A DNA stretch of 51,029 nt from an uncultured Coriobacteriaceae bacterium (lineage in GTDB: Bacteria > Actinomycetota > Coriobacteriia > Coriobacteriales > UMGS124): the NCBI GenBank assembly GCA_964619775.1, contig CAZUFB010000004.1, positions 2,225 to 53,253 on the forward strand. The letters run 5' to 3'. Position 1 is the first letter of the stretch. The number at the start of each line of letters is the position of its first letter. Under the pieces are notes generated by a model. The model worked only from the letters and a program-made list of their open reading frames with translations, searched no databases and was not told the origin of the DNA. Below are positions 31,619 through 41,045 of this stretch, piece by piece. Made by a program: the position numbers and the translations under genes.

Positions 31619-32569
31619 CTACGCCGAGACAGCCTCCAAATATGCGATCGTCGCGTCGCAGATTGCCTGGGCGAGCGTTTCCTGGTAGTCCGGGTCCGAA
31701 AGCAGGACGTCCTCCTCGGCGTTGCTCATGAACCCCATCTCAAACAGCAACGAGGGCACCTCGCAGAAGTTGAAGCCCGCGAGGTCGGTGCGCTCGACGA
31801 TGCCCTGGTCGTTGGCACCGGTCTCGGCGATGATGATGGGGTGCATGATGCTCGCCGCGAAGGCCGACGACTCCACGATGGCGGCCGTCCACTCGTTGAG
31901 GCCGGGCACGAGCGTGGAGAAACCCGAGACCGTCGAGTCCTCGCTACCGTCGCAGTGCAGGCGCAAAAAGATGTCGGCGCCCGCCTCGTTGGCGATCTGG
32001 GCGCGCTGCTCGCTCGACATGATCGTCTCGTTGTCCTCGCGCACCATCACCACCTCTATGCCGGCCTCCTCAAGCTTGTCGCGCAGCAGCAGGGCGATCT
32101 CGAGGGTTACCTCGGCCTCGGAGCGCCCGGTGGCGACGCCCGCCGTGCCGCCCGGTTCGACGTACTGCATCTCGGTGGACCCCGGCCCGATGGGGGTAAG
32201 CGTCAGGTCGGACCCGCCGCCGTGCCCCGCGTCGATGCACACGACGCCGTCGACCGGGCCCTTGCCGGCGGCCGCGCGCGCCTGCGCCTCGGTGCCCGTC
32301 TGGACGGCCGCGGCAAGCACGCCGACCGCCCCCTCCCCCGCCGCACGGGCCACCGCGCCGTAGCGAGGCGCACTCAGCACCTGCACGAGCAGGGTCACGA
32401 GCACCACGGCCACGACGGCGAGCACGGCCACGGCGAGCACGCCGCCGCGGCGGGCGGCGGGGCTGCTCTGGCAGGTCTGGACGAAGGCCCGCAGGCCCCC
32501 GCCCCTGTCGTCGAGCGGCAGGTCGCAGGGCAGGCTTTCCGGCTCCCCCTTCTCCTCTTCGGCTCTCAC
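31619..32569 (-). CDS. N-acetylmuramoyl-L-alanine amidase (Amidase_3 type), membrane anchored
   Basis: VVCIDAGHGG.., E in ..RSEAEVTLEIA.., ..ADIFLRLHCDG.., ..PSLLFEMGFMSN..; N-terminal TM. Confidence 0.8.
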   Translation of the reverse strand: MRAEEEKGEPESLPCDLPLDDRGGGLRAFVQTCQSSPAARRGGVLAVAVLAVVAVVLVTLLVQVLSAPRYGAVARAAGEGAVGVLAAAVQTGTEAQARAAAGKGPVDGVVCIDAGHGGGSDLTLTPIGPGSTEMQYVEPGGTAGVATGRSEAEVTLEIALLLRDKLEEAGIEVVMVREDNETIMSSEQRAQIANEAGADIFLRLHCDGSEDSTVSGFSTLVPGLNEWTAAIVESSAFAASIMHPIIIAETGANDQGIVERTDLAGFNFCEVPSLLFEMGFMSNAEEDVLLSDPDYQETLAQAICDATIAYLEAVSA

Positions 32570-32623
32570 GCTGTCACTCCTTCCCCCGGGTGCCCGCGGT
32601 GCGGACGGCCCGCTCGGTCTCGG

Positions 32624-33562
32624 CTACTCGTCGACGGGGCGCCGGCGGCCGCAGCGGCCGCAGAAGGCCCCCGTGTTCCCCTGCGACCCGCACACGCAGT
32701 CCCACGGCGCCCCGCGCCCGGGACGCACGGGCGCGGGCGCGGGGGGAGGCTCGACGGCCCGGGCGTCAATCGTGGGCAGCGGATCGGGACGTACGGGCGC
32801 GGGCGCGGGGAAAGGCCCCGCAAAGCCCGCGTCCTGCGGGGACGGCGGGGCCGGCCGGCCTTCCCCGGCGACGGCGACACCCGCCGCACGCCCGAACGCG
32901 CCGGGGCCGTCCTGGGCTGGACGCCCGCCAGAGGACGCGACGGGGGCGTCCGGGCGGGCTCCCTGCCCGACGGCGGGGGGGACGGGGACGAAACCGGGGC
33001 CGGCCGGCGCCTCCCACGGCTGCCGCGCGGCCGGATCCGGCGCGGCGGGGGCGGCGGCGCATAGGTCGGCCGGCGCGGCGGGGGCGGCCGGCGCCTCCGG
33101 CTGCGGGTCGGCCGGCGCCGCCGGGGCCTCCCCGCCCGCGCACAGGCAGCCGCGCAGCGCGGCCACGTCGCCCGCAAGGCGCACGAGCAGCATCAGCAGC
33201 TCGAAGGCCACCCGCAGCACGACCTCGGCGACGGCGAGGGCGACGACCCACGCCGCCAGGCCCGTCGCCAGCCAGGCCGCGTCGCCCCCGAGGCGCCACT
33301 GCAGGCAGGCGCCCACGGCGGCGGCGATCCCGAAGACTGCGGCCGACAGGGCCAGCAGGATGTACGCGAAGCGAGCGACGGGTGCCACGACGAGGCGGTC
33401 GAAGGCCGCAAACGCGCGGACGTCCCCGCCCCGCCCCCCATGGGGAGCGAGCAGGGCGTAGAGCACGATGGCCGCGACGAGGCACACGGCGGCAAGCACG
33501 ACGAACACCGCAGGGTGCAGCGCCGCCAGCCCGGCGGCGCCGAATCCCGACAGCATGGACAC
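32624..33562 (-). CDS. polytopic membrane protein with Pro/Ala-rich linker and C-terminal zinc ribbon
   Basis: Four hydrophobic helices at the N-terminus, PAAPA/PAPAPVRP low-complexity repeats, and a C-terminal WDCVCG...FCGRCG. GTG at 33562 lies 7 nt after AGGAGG (ATG at 33556 is the alternative). Confidence 0.6.
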   Translation of the reverse strand: MSMLSGFGAAGLAALHPAVFVVLAAVCLVAAIVLYALLAPHGGRGGDVRAFAAFDRLVVAPVARFAYILLALSAAVFGIAAAVGACLQWRLGGDAAWLATGLAAWVVALAVAEVVLRVAFELLMLLVRLAGDVAALRGCLCAGGEAPAAPADPQPEAPAAPAAPADLCAAAPAAPDPAARQPWEAPAGPGFVPVPPAVGQGARPDAPVASSGGRPAQDGPGAFGRAAGVAVAGEGRPAPPSPQDAGFAGPFPAPAPVRPDPLPTIDARAVEPPPAPAPVRPGRGAPWDCVCGSQGNTGAFCGRCGRRRPVDE

Positions 33563-33776
33563 GACAGCTCCTCCTTTCCCGGACGCCCGCAGGCGGCGCC
33601 GAAAACTTCCTGGGACTAATTTAGCGCCGTTGACGCACATTCAGCCCTTCGTGAACTATGATTGGGCATAAGACGCATATGTCCGCGCCGACGCGGCCGG
33701 ACACCGTGCGAGACGAGCCGCCGCGGCCCGCGCAGGGGGCGGCACGGCAACCGACACCGAGGATTGGAGACTCACC

Positions 33777-35843
33777 ATGGGCGCACCTCAAACCGACAAG
33801 GTCAGAAACCTCGTGCTTGTAGGCCAGGGAGGCGTCGGCAAGACCTCGCTGGCGGAGGCAATGCTGCACCTCTCGGGCAGGACCGCCCGCCTGGGCGGGC
33901 ACGCCGGTTCCAAGCCGACGCTCGACTTCGACCCCGAAGAAGCCAAGCGCAACTTCTCCATCTCGACCTCCATCGCGCCCATCGAGCACAACGGGTTCAA
34001 AGTCAACATCCTCGACGCCCCCTGCTACCCCGACTTCATCGGCGACGCCTACGCCGCCCTGTCGGTGGCCGAGACCGCGCTGTTCGTGGTCGACGCCGCC
34101 GAGGGCCCCCAGCCCACCACCGTCAAGCTCTGGTACGCCGCCGAGGAGCTGCCGCTGGCGCGCGCCGTCTTCGTCAACCGCATCGACAAGGAGAACACCG
34201 ACTTCGAGACCACGATGTCGCTGCTTGAGGAACGCTTCGGCAACCGCCTGGGCTGCGTGAGCATCCCGATGGGCGAGGGCCCGGAGTTCAAGGGCGTCAT
34301 CGACGTTCTGCGCATGAAGGCCCGCTCCTACGAGGACGGCGCCGAGTCCGTCTCCGACATCCCCGCAGAGTACGCCGCCCGCGCCGAGCAAGCCCGCGAG
34401 CGCCTCTGCGACCTGGTCGCCGAAGCCGACGACGAGCTGATGGAAAAGTACCTGGAAGGCGAGCCTCTCACCCAGGAGGAGATCGAGTCGCTGCTGGGCA
34501 AGGCCATCGCCAACCGCCTGTTCGTACCCGTCTACGTGGGCGCTGCGGTCAAAGAGCAGGGCGTGGGCATCCTCATCGACGACGTCACCACCTACTTCCC
34601 ATCGCCGCTCGACTACGGCGAGATGCCCCTCACCGACGGCACGATGCTCAAGATCAGCTCGGTCGACGAGCGCCCGGTCGCCTTCGTCTTCAAGACGCTC
34701 AACGACCCGCAGGCCGGCCGCCTGTCGTTCCTCAAGGTTCTCGCCGGCACCCTCACCCCCGGCCTGGAGCTGGTGTGCTCGCGCACCCAGAAGCACGAGC
34801 GCCTCGGCCACCTCTACCTGATGTGCGGCCGCGAGACCACCGACGTCAACCACGCGCTGGCCGGCGACGTCATCGTCGTGCCCAAGCTCGATGCGGCCAC
34901 CGGCGACACCCTGTCGGCCACCGGCAAGGTCGAGGCCCAGGCGTTCCGCTTCAACAACTCGCTCTATCAGATCGCCATCAGGGCCAAGAACCGCAACGAG
35001 GAGGACAAGCTCAGCACGTTCCTCGAGAAGGCCTGCGACGCCGACCCCACCATCAGCGTCACCCGCAACGAGGAGACCCACCAGACGGTCATCTCCGCGG
35101 TTGGCGAGGCCCAGGTGAGCGTCCTGCTCAACCGCCTGGGCGAGCGTACGGGCGTCGAGGCGGTCCTCGAGCCGCTGCGCATCCCCTACCGCGAGACCAT
35201 CCGCAAGGCCGCCTCGGCGCAGGGCCGCCACAAGAAGCAGACCGGCGGCGCAGGCCAGTTCGGCGACTGCTGGCTGCGCGTCGAGCCCAACCCCGGCGCG
35301 GGCTACGAGTTCCTCGACGAGATAGTGGGGGGCAAGATTCCCCGCCAGTACATCCCGGCGGTGGACAAGGGCGTCCAGGAGGCGATGGCCGAGGGCGTCA
35401 TCGCCGGCTACCCGATGGTCGACGTCAAGGTCGCCTGCTTCGACGGGTCCTACCACCCCGTCGACTCCAACGAGATGGCCTTCAAGACGGCCGCGCGCAT
35501 CGGCTTCCGCGCCGCGGTGGAGCACGCCGAACCGGTGATTCTCGAGCCGATGGCCGACATGGCCGTCACGGTGCCCGACTCCTACGCCGGCTCCGTCATG
35601 GGCGACGTCTCGGCTTCGCGCGGCCGCGTCACCGGCATGGACTCCGACGGCAAGGGCAACACCGTGGTGCACGCCACCGTGCCCTACGCCGAGATTACCG
35701 ACTATGCCACGCGCCTGCGCTCGCTGTCGCGCGGCACCGGCGAGTACACCTACGAGCTCAACGGCTACGAGCAGGTGCCTCACGACACCGCCGCCAAGCT
35801 TGTCGAAGCCTATCAGCGCCAGCGAGCCGAGGGTAGCAAGTAG
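33777..35843 (+). CDS. EF-G-family translational GTPase paralogue with atypical G motifs
   Basis: 688 aa collinear with EF-G domains I-V. G1 is GQGGVGKTS, G3 is DAPCYPDF (canonical DTPGHVDF) and G4 is NRID (canonical NKxD). Confidence 0.85.
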   Translation: MGAPQTDKVRNLVLVGQGGVGKTSLAEAMLHLSGRTARLGGHAGSKPTLDFDPEEAKRNFSISTSIAPIEHNGFKVNILDAPCYPDFIGDAYAALSVAETALFVVDAAEGPQPTTVKLWYAAEELPLARAVFVNRIDKENTDFETTMSLLEERFGNRLGCVSIPMGEGPEFKGVIDVLRMKARSYEDGAESVSDIPAEYAARAEQARERLCDLVAEADDELMEKYLEGEPLTQEEIESLLGKAIANRLFVPVYVGAAVKEQGVGILIDDVTTYFPSPLDYGEMPLTDGTMLKISSVDERPVAFVFKTLNDPQAGRLSFLKVLAGTLTPGLELVCSRTQKHERLGHLYLMCGRETTDVNHALAGDVIVVPKLDAATGDTLSATGKVEAQAFRFNNSLYQIAIRAKNRNEEDKLSTFLEKACDADPTISVTRNEETHQTVISAVGEAQVSVLLNRLGERTGVEAVLEPLRIPYRETIRKAASAQGRHKKQTGGAGQFGDCWLRVEPNPGAGYEFLDEIVGGKIPRQYIPAVDKGVQEAMAEGVIAGYPMVDVKVACFDGSYHPVDSNEMAFKTAARIGFRAAVEHAEPVILEPMADMAVTVPDSYAGSVMGDVSASRGRVTGMDSDGKGNTVVHATVPYAEITDYATRLRSLSRGTGEYTYELNGYEQVPHDTAAKLVEAYQRQRAEGSK

Positions 35844-35907
35844 GATACGGGGCCGCCACCGGCCCGGCGCGACGCCGAAAGGGTGGACGACGCTTTGCGA
35901 CGCGCTG

Positions 35908-35950
35908 GCGCGCGGGGCCTTGCGCCTGAAGGCGCCGAGGCCCCGCGCGC
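35908..35950 (+). terminator. strong GC hairpin after the EF-G-like gene
   Basis: GCGCGCGGGGCC ... GGCCCCGCGCGC (12 bp) with inner GCGCC/GGCGC, followed by CGTTTCGG. Confidence 0.5.
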
Positions 35951-35988
35951 CGTTTCGGAAGGGTATCCCGGCAAGGAGACGCAACCGC

Positions 35989-36915
35989 ATGCTCTACGGC
36001 ATCATCGACATCGGATCGAACACCATCAGACTCACCATCTACGAGGTCGAGGGGGACGGTGCGAGGTTCGCGACGCTGTTTAAGCTCAAAACGATGGCCG
36101 GGCTGGTGAGCTACATCGACAAGAAGTCGGGCACGATGAGCGACGCCGGCGTCGCCAAGCTCGTCGAGGTGCTCGACGACTACCTCACCTGCACGGCGCG
36201 CTTCAAGGAACTCAAAGGCCCCTACGCCTTCGCGACCGCCGGCGTGCGCAACGCCAAAAACGCACGCGACGTCATCAAACGGGCCGAGAAGGCGTGCGGG
36301 CTCTCCATCGAGCTCGTATCGGGCCGCGAGGAGGCCGAGCTGGGCTACGTGGGCGCCATGCGCCAGAGCAGGCTCACCAAGGGCGTCCAGATCGACGTCG
36401 GCGGTGGCTCCACCGAGGTCACGACCTTCAGCCACGCCGCCATCGTGCACGCAGAGAGCATCCCGTACGGGTCGCTGTCGCTGTTCGGCGGCTACGTCCA
36501 CGGAATGCTGCCAACGCCCGCCGAGGCCGACCGCATCCGGGAACTCGTCCGGGGCCGCCTCGCCGGGGTCAAAGCCTTCGAGTCGTTCCGCTGCGACGTC
36601 GGCTCGGGCGTCGGCGGCACCATTCGCGCCGCCGCCCGCCTGCGCAACGCCTGGTTCCCCGACAAGGAGGGGCCGAACGCCAACCTAACGCGCGACCAGG
36701 CGTCCCAGATCGTCGAACGCGTCTTCTACGACCCCTACGAGGCGACGCGCGACATCTTGCGCATCGCCCCCGAGCGCGCCCACACCTGCATCCCGGGCCT
36801 GCTCGCCGTCGAGGTCGCAATGGACGCCTTCGGTGTCTACGAGCTCGAAGTCCACGACTTCGGCGTGCGCGAGGGCTACCTGCTCGCAAAGGTCCTGCAT
36901 GTGCTCGACGCATAG
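35989..36915 (+). CDS. Ppx/GppA-family phosphatase
   Basis: MLYGIIDIGSNTIRLTIYE.. and ..DVGGGSTEV.. ASKHA-fold motifs. ATG follows AAGGAG. Confidence 0.85.
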   Translation: MLYGIIDIGSNTIRLTIYEVEGDGARFATLFKLKTMAGLVSYIDKKSGTMSDAGVAKLVEVLDDYLTCTARFKELKGPYAFATAGVRNAKNARDVIKRAEKACGLSIELVSGREEAELGYVGAMRQSRLTKGVQIDVGGGSTEVTTFSHAAIVHAESIPYGSLSLFGGYVHGMLPTPAEADRIRELVRGRLAGVKAFESFRCDVGSGVGGTIRAAARLRNAWFPDKEGPNANLTRDQASQIVERVFYDPYEATRDILRIAPERAHTCIPGLLAVEVAMDAFGVYELEVHDFGVREGYLLAKVLHVLDA

Positions 36916-36961
36916 GATGGACGGCCGCCGTCCTCCGGCACCGCATCGAAAGGGAAGCACC

Positions 36962-39616
36962 ATGTCTCCTGCCAAACAACCCGCGCCCGCAAGCCCCTCC
37001 GCCGAGGTGAAGGGCTCTTACGACTTCACCTACACGCAGAACCGCGAGCTGTCGTGGCTCCAGTTCGACAACCGCGTGCTCGAGGAGGCCCGCGACCCCC
37101 GGATTCCGCTGCTCGAACGCTTCAAGATGGCTTCCATCTTCGAGTCCAACCTCGACGAGTTCGTGATGATCCGCATGGGAGGCCTCGGAGAGCTCGCCTC
37201 GCTCAAGCGCCAGCCGGTCGACAACAAGTCCAACCAGACGCCCGCCCAGCAGCTTGCCTCCATCTACGAGTCGCTGCCCCCGCTCATCGCCAAGCACGAC
37301 GAGACGGTCGCCTCCCTCGAGGACGAGCTGGCCGGCCGCGGCATCCAGCGCGTCGCCTGGAACGCCTACGGCGCCGAGCAGCGCATCGCGGTCGAGAACC
37401 ACTTCGACGACGTGGTGCTGCCCGTGGCCTCCCCCCAGATCATCGACCCGCGCCACCCCTTCCCAAACCTGCGCAACGACACGCTCTACTGCGTCTTCAA
37501 CCTGGCAAGCGCCAACGAGGCGGGGCTGCTCGGCATAATCGAAGTCCCACCGAACCTCGACCGCGTCGTGGTGCTCTCCAAAGGCCCCCAGAGCTTCTGC
37601 TACACACTCATCGAAGACGTCATCCTGGCCTGCGGCAGCGAGCTGTTCGGCGAGTACCACACCTCCGAGCGCGCCGTCATCCGCGTGACGCGCAACGCCG
37701 ACATCGACCCCGACGAAGGCGCGTTCGACGTCGAAGACGACTACCGCCAGCACATCAAGAAGATCCTCAAGAAGCGCCTGCGCCTCAACCCGGTGCGCCT
37801 CGAGGTGCAGGGCCGCTTCGGCAAGGCCCTCGTGAAACGCATGCGCAAGGCGCTCGGCCTTACCGACCAGCAGGTCTTTCCCGTGGGCTGTCCCATGCGC
37901 ATGGGCGACTACGCTTTCTCGCTCGAGGGGACGGTGCCTCCGGCGATGGCGGGCGGCCTCACCTACCCGCCCTTCTCGCCGCAGCCCTCGGCCAACGTGA
38001 ACCCCAACGCGCCGATGCACGAGCAGATCGAGGACCACGACATCCTGCTGTTCTACCCCTACGAGTCGATGGAGCCGTTCCTACGCCTGCTCCACGAATC
38101 GGCCCAAGACCCCGACACCGTGCAGATCAAGATCACGCTCTACCGCGTGGCGAAAAAGTCGCGCCTGTGCGAGTCGCTGATAGCCGCGGCCGAGAACGGC
38201 ATCGACGTCACCGTGCTCATGGAGCTGCGCGCGCGTTTCGACGAGGAGAACAACATCGAGTGGGCCGAGCGCCTGGAAGACGCCGGCTGCACGGTGCTCT
38301 ACGGCTCGGCGGGCTTCAAGGTCCACTCCAAGATCTGCCAGATCACGCGCCGCGTGAACGGCGAGGTGGTGCGCATCACCCAGCTGGGCACCGGCAACTA
38401 CAACGAGAAGACCGCCGGCCTGTACGCCGACTACTCCTACATGACGGCCGACCCGCGCATCGGCGAGGACGCCAACCGGTTTTTCCGCAACATGCAGATC
38501 GGCAACCTGCGCGGCGAGTACAGCCACCTCGGCGTGGCGCCCATCGGCCTCAAGCCGCTCATCATGCGCGGCCTCAACCGCGAGATCGCCAAGGCGCGCG
38601 CCGGCGAAGAGGGCTACGTCTGCTTCAAGATGAACTCGCTCACCGACCGCGAGGTCATCGACAAGCTCTCCGAGGCGAGCTGCGCCGGGGTGAAGATCGA
38701 CCTGATCATCCGCGGCATCTGCTGCCTGCTGCCCGGCGTGCCCGGCAAGACCGAGAACATCACCGTGCGCTGCATCGTGGGCCGCATGCTGGAACACGCC
38801 CGCGTCTACATGTTCGGCACCGAGCGCGACACCATCTACCTGAGCTCGGCGGACATGATGACGCGCAACACCGAGCACCGCGTCGAGATCGCCTACCCCA
38901 TCCTCGACCCGCACGTCCGCGCCCAGGTGGTCGAGGACACGGACGTCCAGCTCGCCGACAACCTCAAGGCGCGCATCCTGCAGCCCGACGGCACCTACGC
39001 GCGTATCCCGATTGCCGAGGGCGAGGCCCCCGTGGACGCGCAGCTCACGTTTATGCACCGCGCCACCAAGGCCGCCAACGACCTCGGTAACCGCCTGGCC
39101 CGCGAGGAACGCCGCGCCCGCAAGCGTCCCATCCCCTCCGGCATCGGCATGCCCGAGGCCCCCAAGGCCCCGGTTCCCGGGCCCGTGCAGCCTCCCGCCC
39201 CCGCGCCCGCCGTTACCGCAGGGCCCGAAGCCAAGCCCGAAACGGCTCCCAAGCCCGTCGCGGTAGCCTCAGCCCCCGTGCGGCCCGACGTCGCCGAGAC
39301 GCCGCCCCCTGCGGTGCCGTCGGCGCAGCTCGAACCTGTCGAAGAGATAGAGCCTCAGGCTCAAGTTGATGTTGAGGTTAAACCTGAACCTGAGCCTCAG
39401 CCAACACCCAAGCCGCCGGCGCGGCCCGAACCCGTCGTGGTGGAGGCGACCACCGTCCCCGCCCCCGATGAAAAGGCCGCGCAGGAGGAGAAGCCCGCCG
39501 ACATCGACCGTTCCCTGGAGCTGATGGTCGCCCAGAGGGGACGCGCCGCGACCGGCTGGGCCCTTGTCAAGATGGGCTTCCGGTTGATGTTCGGCGGGTC
39601 GCTGTCGTCCAAGTAG
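36962..39616 (+). CDS. ppk: polyphosphate kinase 1 with ~185-aa C-terminal extension
   Basis: ..NRELSWLQFDNRVLEEA.., ..FESNLDEF.. and two PLD-like HxK regions (..KVHSK..). The core ends near aa 700 and is followed by a P/A/E/K-rich tail. Confidence 0.9.
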   Translation: MSPAKQPAPASPSAEVKGSYDFTYTQNRELSWLQFDNRVLEEARDPRIPLLERFKMASIFESNLDEFVMIRMGGLGELASLKRQPVDNKSNQTPAQQLASIYESLPPLIAKHDETVASLEDELAGRGIQRVAWNAYGAEQRIAVENHFDDVVLPVASPQIIDPRHPFPNLRNDTLYCVFNLASANEAGLLGIIEVPPNLDRVVVLSKGPQSFCYTLIEDVILACGSELFGEYHTSERAVIRVTRNADIDPDEGAFDVEDDYRQHIKKILKKRLRLNPVRLEVQGRFGKALVKRMRKALGLTDQQVFPVGCPMRMGDYAFSLEGTVPPAMAGGLTYPPFSPQPSANVNPNAPMHEQIEDHDILLFYPYESMEPFLRLLHESAQDPDTVQIKITLYRVAKKSRLCESLIAAAENGIDVTVLMELRARFDEENNIEWAERLEDAGCTVLYGSAGFKVHSKICQITRRVNGEVVRITQLGTGNYNEKTAGLYADYSYMTADPRIGEDANRFFRNMQIGNLRGEYSHLGVAPIGLKPLIMRGLNREIAKARAGEEGYVCFKMNSLTDREVIDKLSEASCAGVKIDLIIRGICCLLPGVPGKTENITVRCIVGRMLEHARVYMFGTERDTIYLSSADMMTRNTEHRVEIAYPILDPHVRAQVVEDTDVQLADNLKARILQPDGTYARIPIAEGEAPVDAQLTFMHRATKAANDLGNRLAREERRARKRPIPSGIGMPEAPKAPVPGPVQPPAPAPAVTAGPEAKPETAPKPVAVASAPVRPDVAETPPPAVPSAQLEPVEEIEPQAQVDVEVKPEPEPQPTPKPPARPEPVVVEATTVPAPDEKAAQEEKPADIDRSLELMVAQRGRAATGWALVKMGFRLMFGGSLSSK

Positions 39617-39640
39617 GAAATGGGAGGCTCGGAAAGACCC

Positions 39641-40960
39641 ATGCAGATTCGCATCGACTCCATGGCCTACGGCGCCGACGCCGTGGGCCGCATCGAGGGC
39701 AAAGCCGTGTTCGTCGCCGGGGGCGTGCCCGGGGACACCGTGGACGCCGAGACGGTCTCCGAGGGCAGGAGCTTCTCGAAGGCCGTGGTGCGCGAGGTTC
39801 TCGACCCATCCCCCGACCGCGTGGCGCCCGCATGTCCCTACGCCGCGGCGTGCGGCGGCTGCCCGTGGTCGAACATGGCCTATACGGCGCAGCTGCGCGC
39901 CAAGGAAAAGAACGTCCGCGACGCCCTCGAGCGCATCGGCAGGATGGACCCTGAGGACGTCGCGGCGCTCGTCGCCCCCATCGAGGCGCCGGGCGAGCCG
40001 TGGGGCTACCGCAACAAGGTTGAGCTCGCCGTCGCGGGGGACGGCCGGGGCATCCGCCTCGGCATGCATCCCCGAGCCGACGGCGGCCCGTTGGTGGCCG
40101 TCGACCGCTGCCTGCTGCTGTCCAAGGCCGCGCAGCGGTTCCCCAAGGCGGTCTCCGGCGCTTTGCGCTTCATAGGCGGCTCGCACGAGCTGGGCCTCGA
40201 GCGCGTGGGCATTCGCGCCAGCGAGCGCACCGGGCAGGTCGAGGTCGCGCTGTGGACCGACCCGGCCGCCTTCCCGCGCAACGAGGCCGCGAGGGTCCTC
40301 TCCGACGCCACCAAGGCGACCTCGGTGGCGCGCGTGCTTGTGAAGGAGCGCGGCGGCGCGCGCAAGATCGCCGGCGTCGAAACCCTCGCGGGTGCGGGCA
40401 CCTGGCAGGAGCGCATCGGAAACGAGGCGATGCGCGTGAGCGCACCGTCGTTCTTCCAGGTGAACACCGCGGGGGCCGAGCGGCTCGTCGAGCTGGTGCT
40501 CGAAGGCCTCGCCCCCCGAGAAGACGAGGTTGCCTGCGACCTCTACTGCGGGGCAGGCACCTTCACGCTGCCGCTCGCCCGGGCATGCGGCGCCGTGGTG
40601 GCGGTGGAAAGCTACGGGCCCGCGGTCCGCGACCTGCGGCGCAACCTGGCACAGACCGGCCTTGAAGAGGTCGTGGAGGCCGTCGGGGACGACGCGGCGC
40701 GCCAGCTCGACTACCTCGAGGACGCCGACCTCGTCGTCGTGGACCCGCCGCGCGCAGGCCTCGACCGAAGCGTCGTCGAGGCGCTGTCCGGGTCCCCGGC
40801 GCGTGCGGTGGCCTACGTGTCGTGCGACCCCGCCACGCTCGCCCGCGACCTGGCCGCCTTCGCCTCGCTCGGCGCGCTGCGGCCCGAACGCGTGGTGCCG
40901 GTCGACCTGTTCCCGCAGACGTTCCACGTCGAGACGGTCACCGTTTTGCGCCGCGTATAG
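39641..40960 (+). CDS. TRAM-domain RNA (uracil-C5)-methyltransferase (RlmD/RumA family)
   Basis: TRAM-like N-terminus, Fe-S cysteines ACPYAAACGGCPW, SAM-binding DLYCGAGTF, and catalytic ..VSCDPATLARD.. The alternative ATG at 39620 adds 7 aa. Confidence 0.85.
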   Translation: MQIRIDSMAYGADAVGRIEGKAVFVAGGVPGDTVDAETVSEGRSFSKAVVREVLDPSPDRVAPACPYAAACGGCPWSNMAYTAQLRAKEKNVRDALERIGRMDPEDVAALVAPIEAPGEPWGYRNKVELAVAGDGRGIRLGMHPRADGGPLVAVDRCLLLSKAAQRFPKAVSGALRFIGGSHELGLERVGIRASERTGQVEVALWTDPAAFPRNEAARVLSDATKATSVARVLVKERGGARKIAGVETLAGAGTWQERIGNEAMRVSAPSFFQVNTAGAERLVELVLEGLAPREDEVACDLYCGAGTFTLPLARACGAVVAVESYGPAVRDLRRNLAQTGLEEVVEAVGDDAARQLDYLEDADLVVVDPPRAGLDRSVVEALSGSPARAVAYVSCDPATLARDLAAFASLGALRPERVVPVDLFPQTFHVETVTVLRRV

Positions 40961-41045
40961 GCGGCTGTGCGGCACGGCGACGCACCCAAACCGGCCCGTA
41001 ACGGGTATAGGCTGGAAAACAGGCGACGATTTGGAAGGGGCATCT

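Noticed and set aside
32700-33130. Apparent DNA tandem or dispersed repeats (ACGGGCGCGGGCGCGGGG twice; GCCGGCGC... runs).
   Set aside because: They lie inside a CDS and encode a Pro/Ala low-complexity linker (PAPAPVRP, PAAPA). This is coding low complexity, not a CRISPR array or a satellite.
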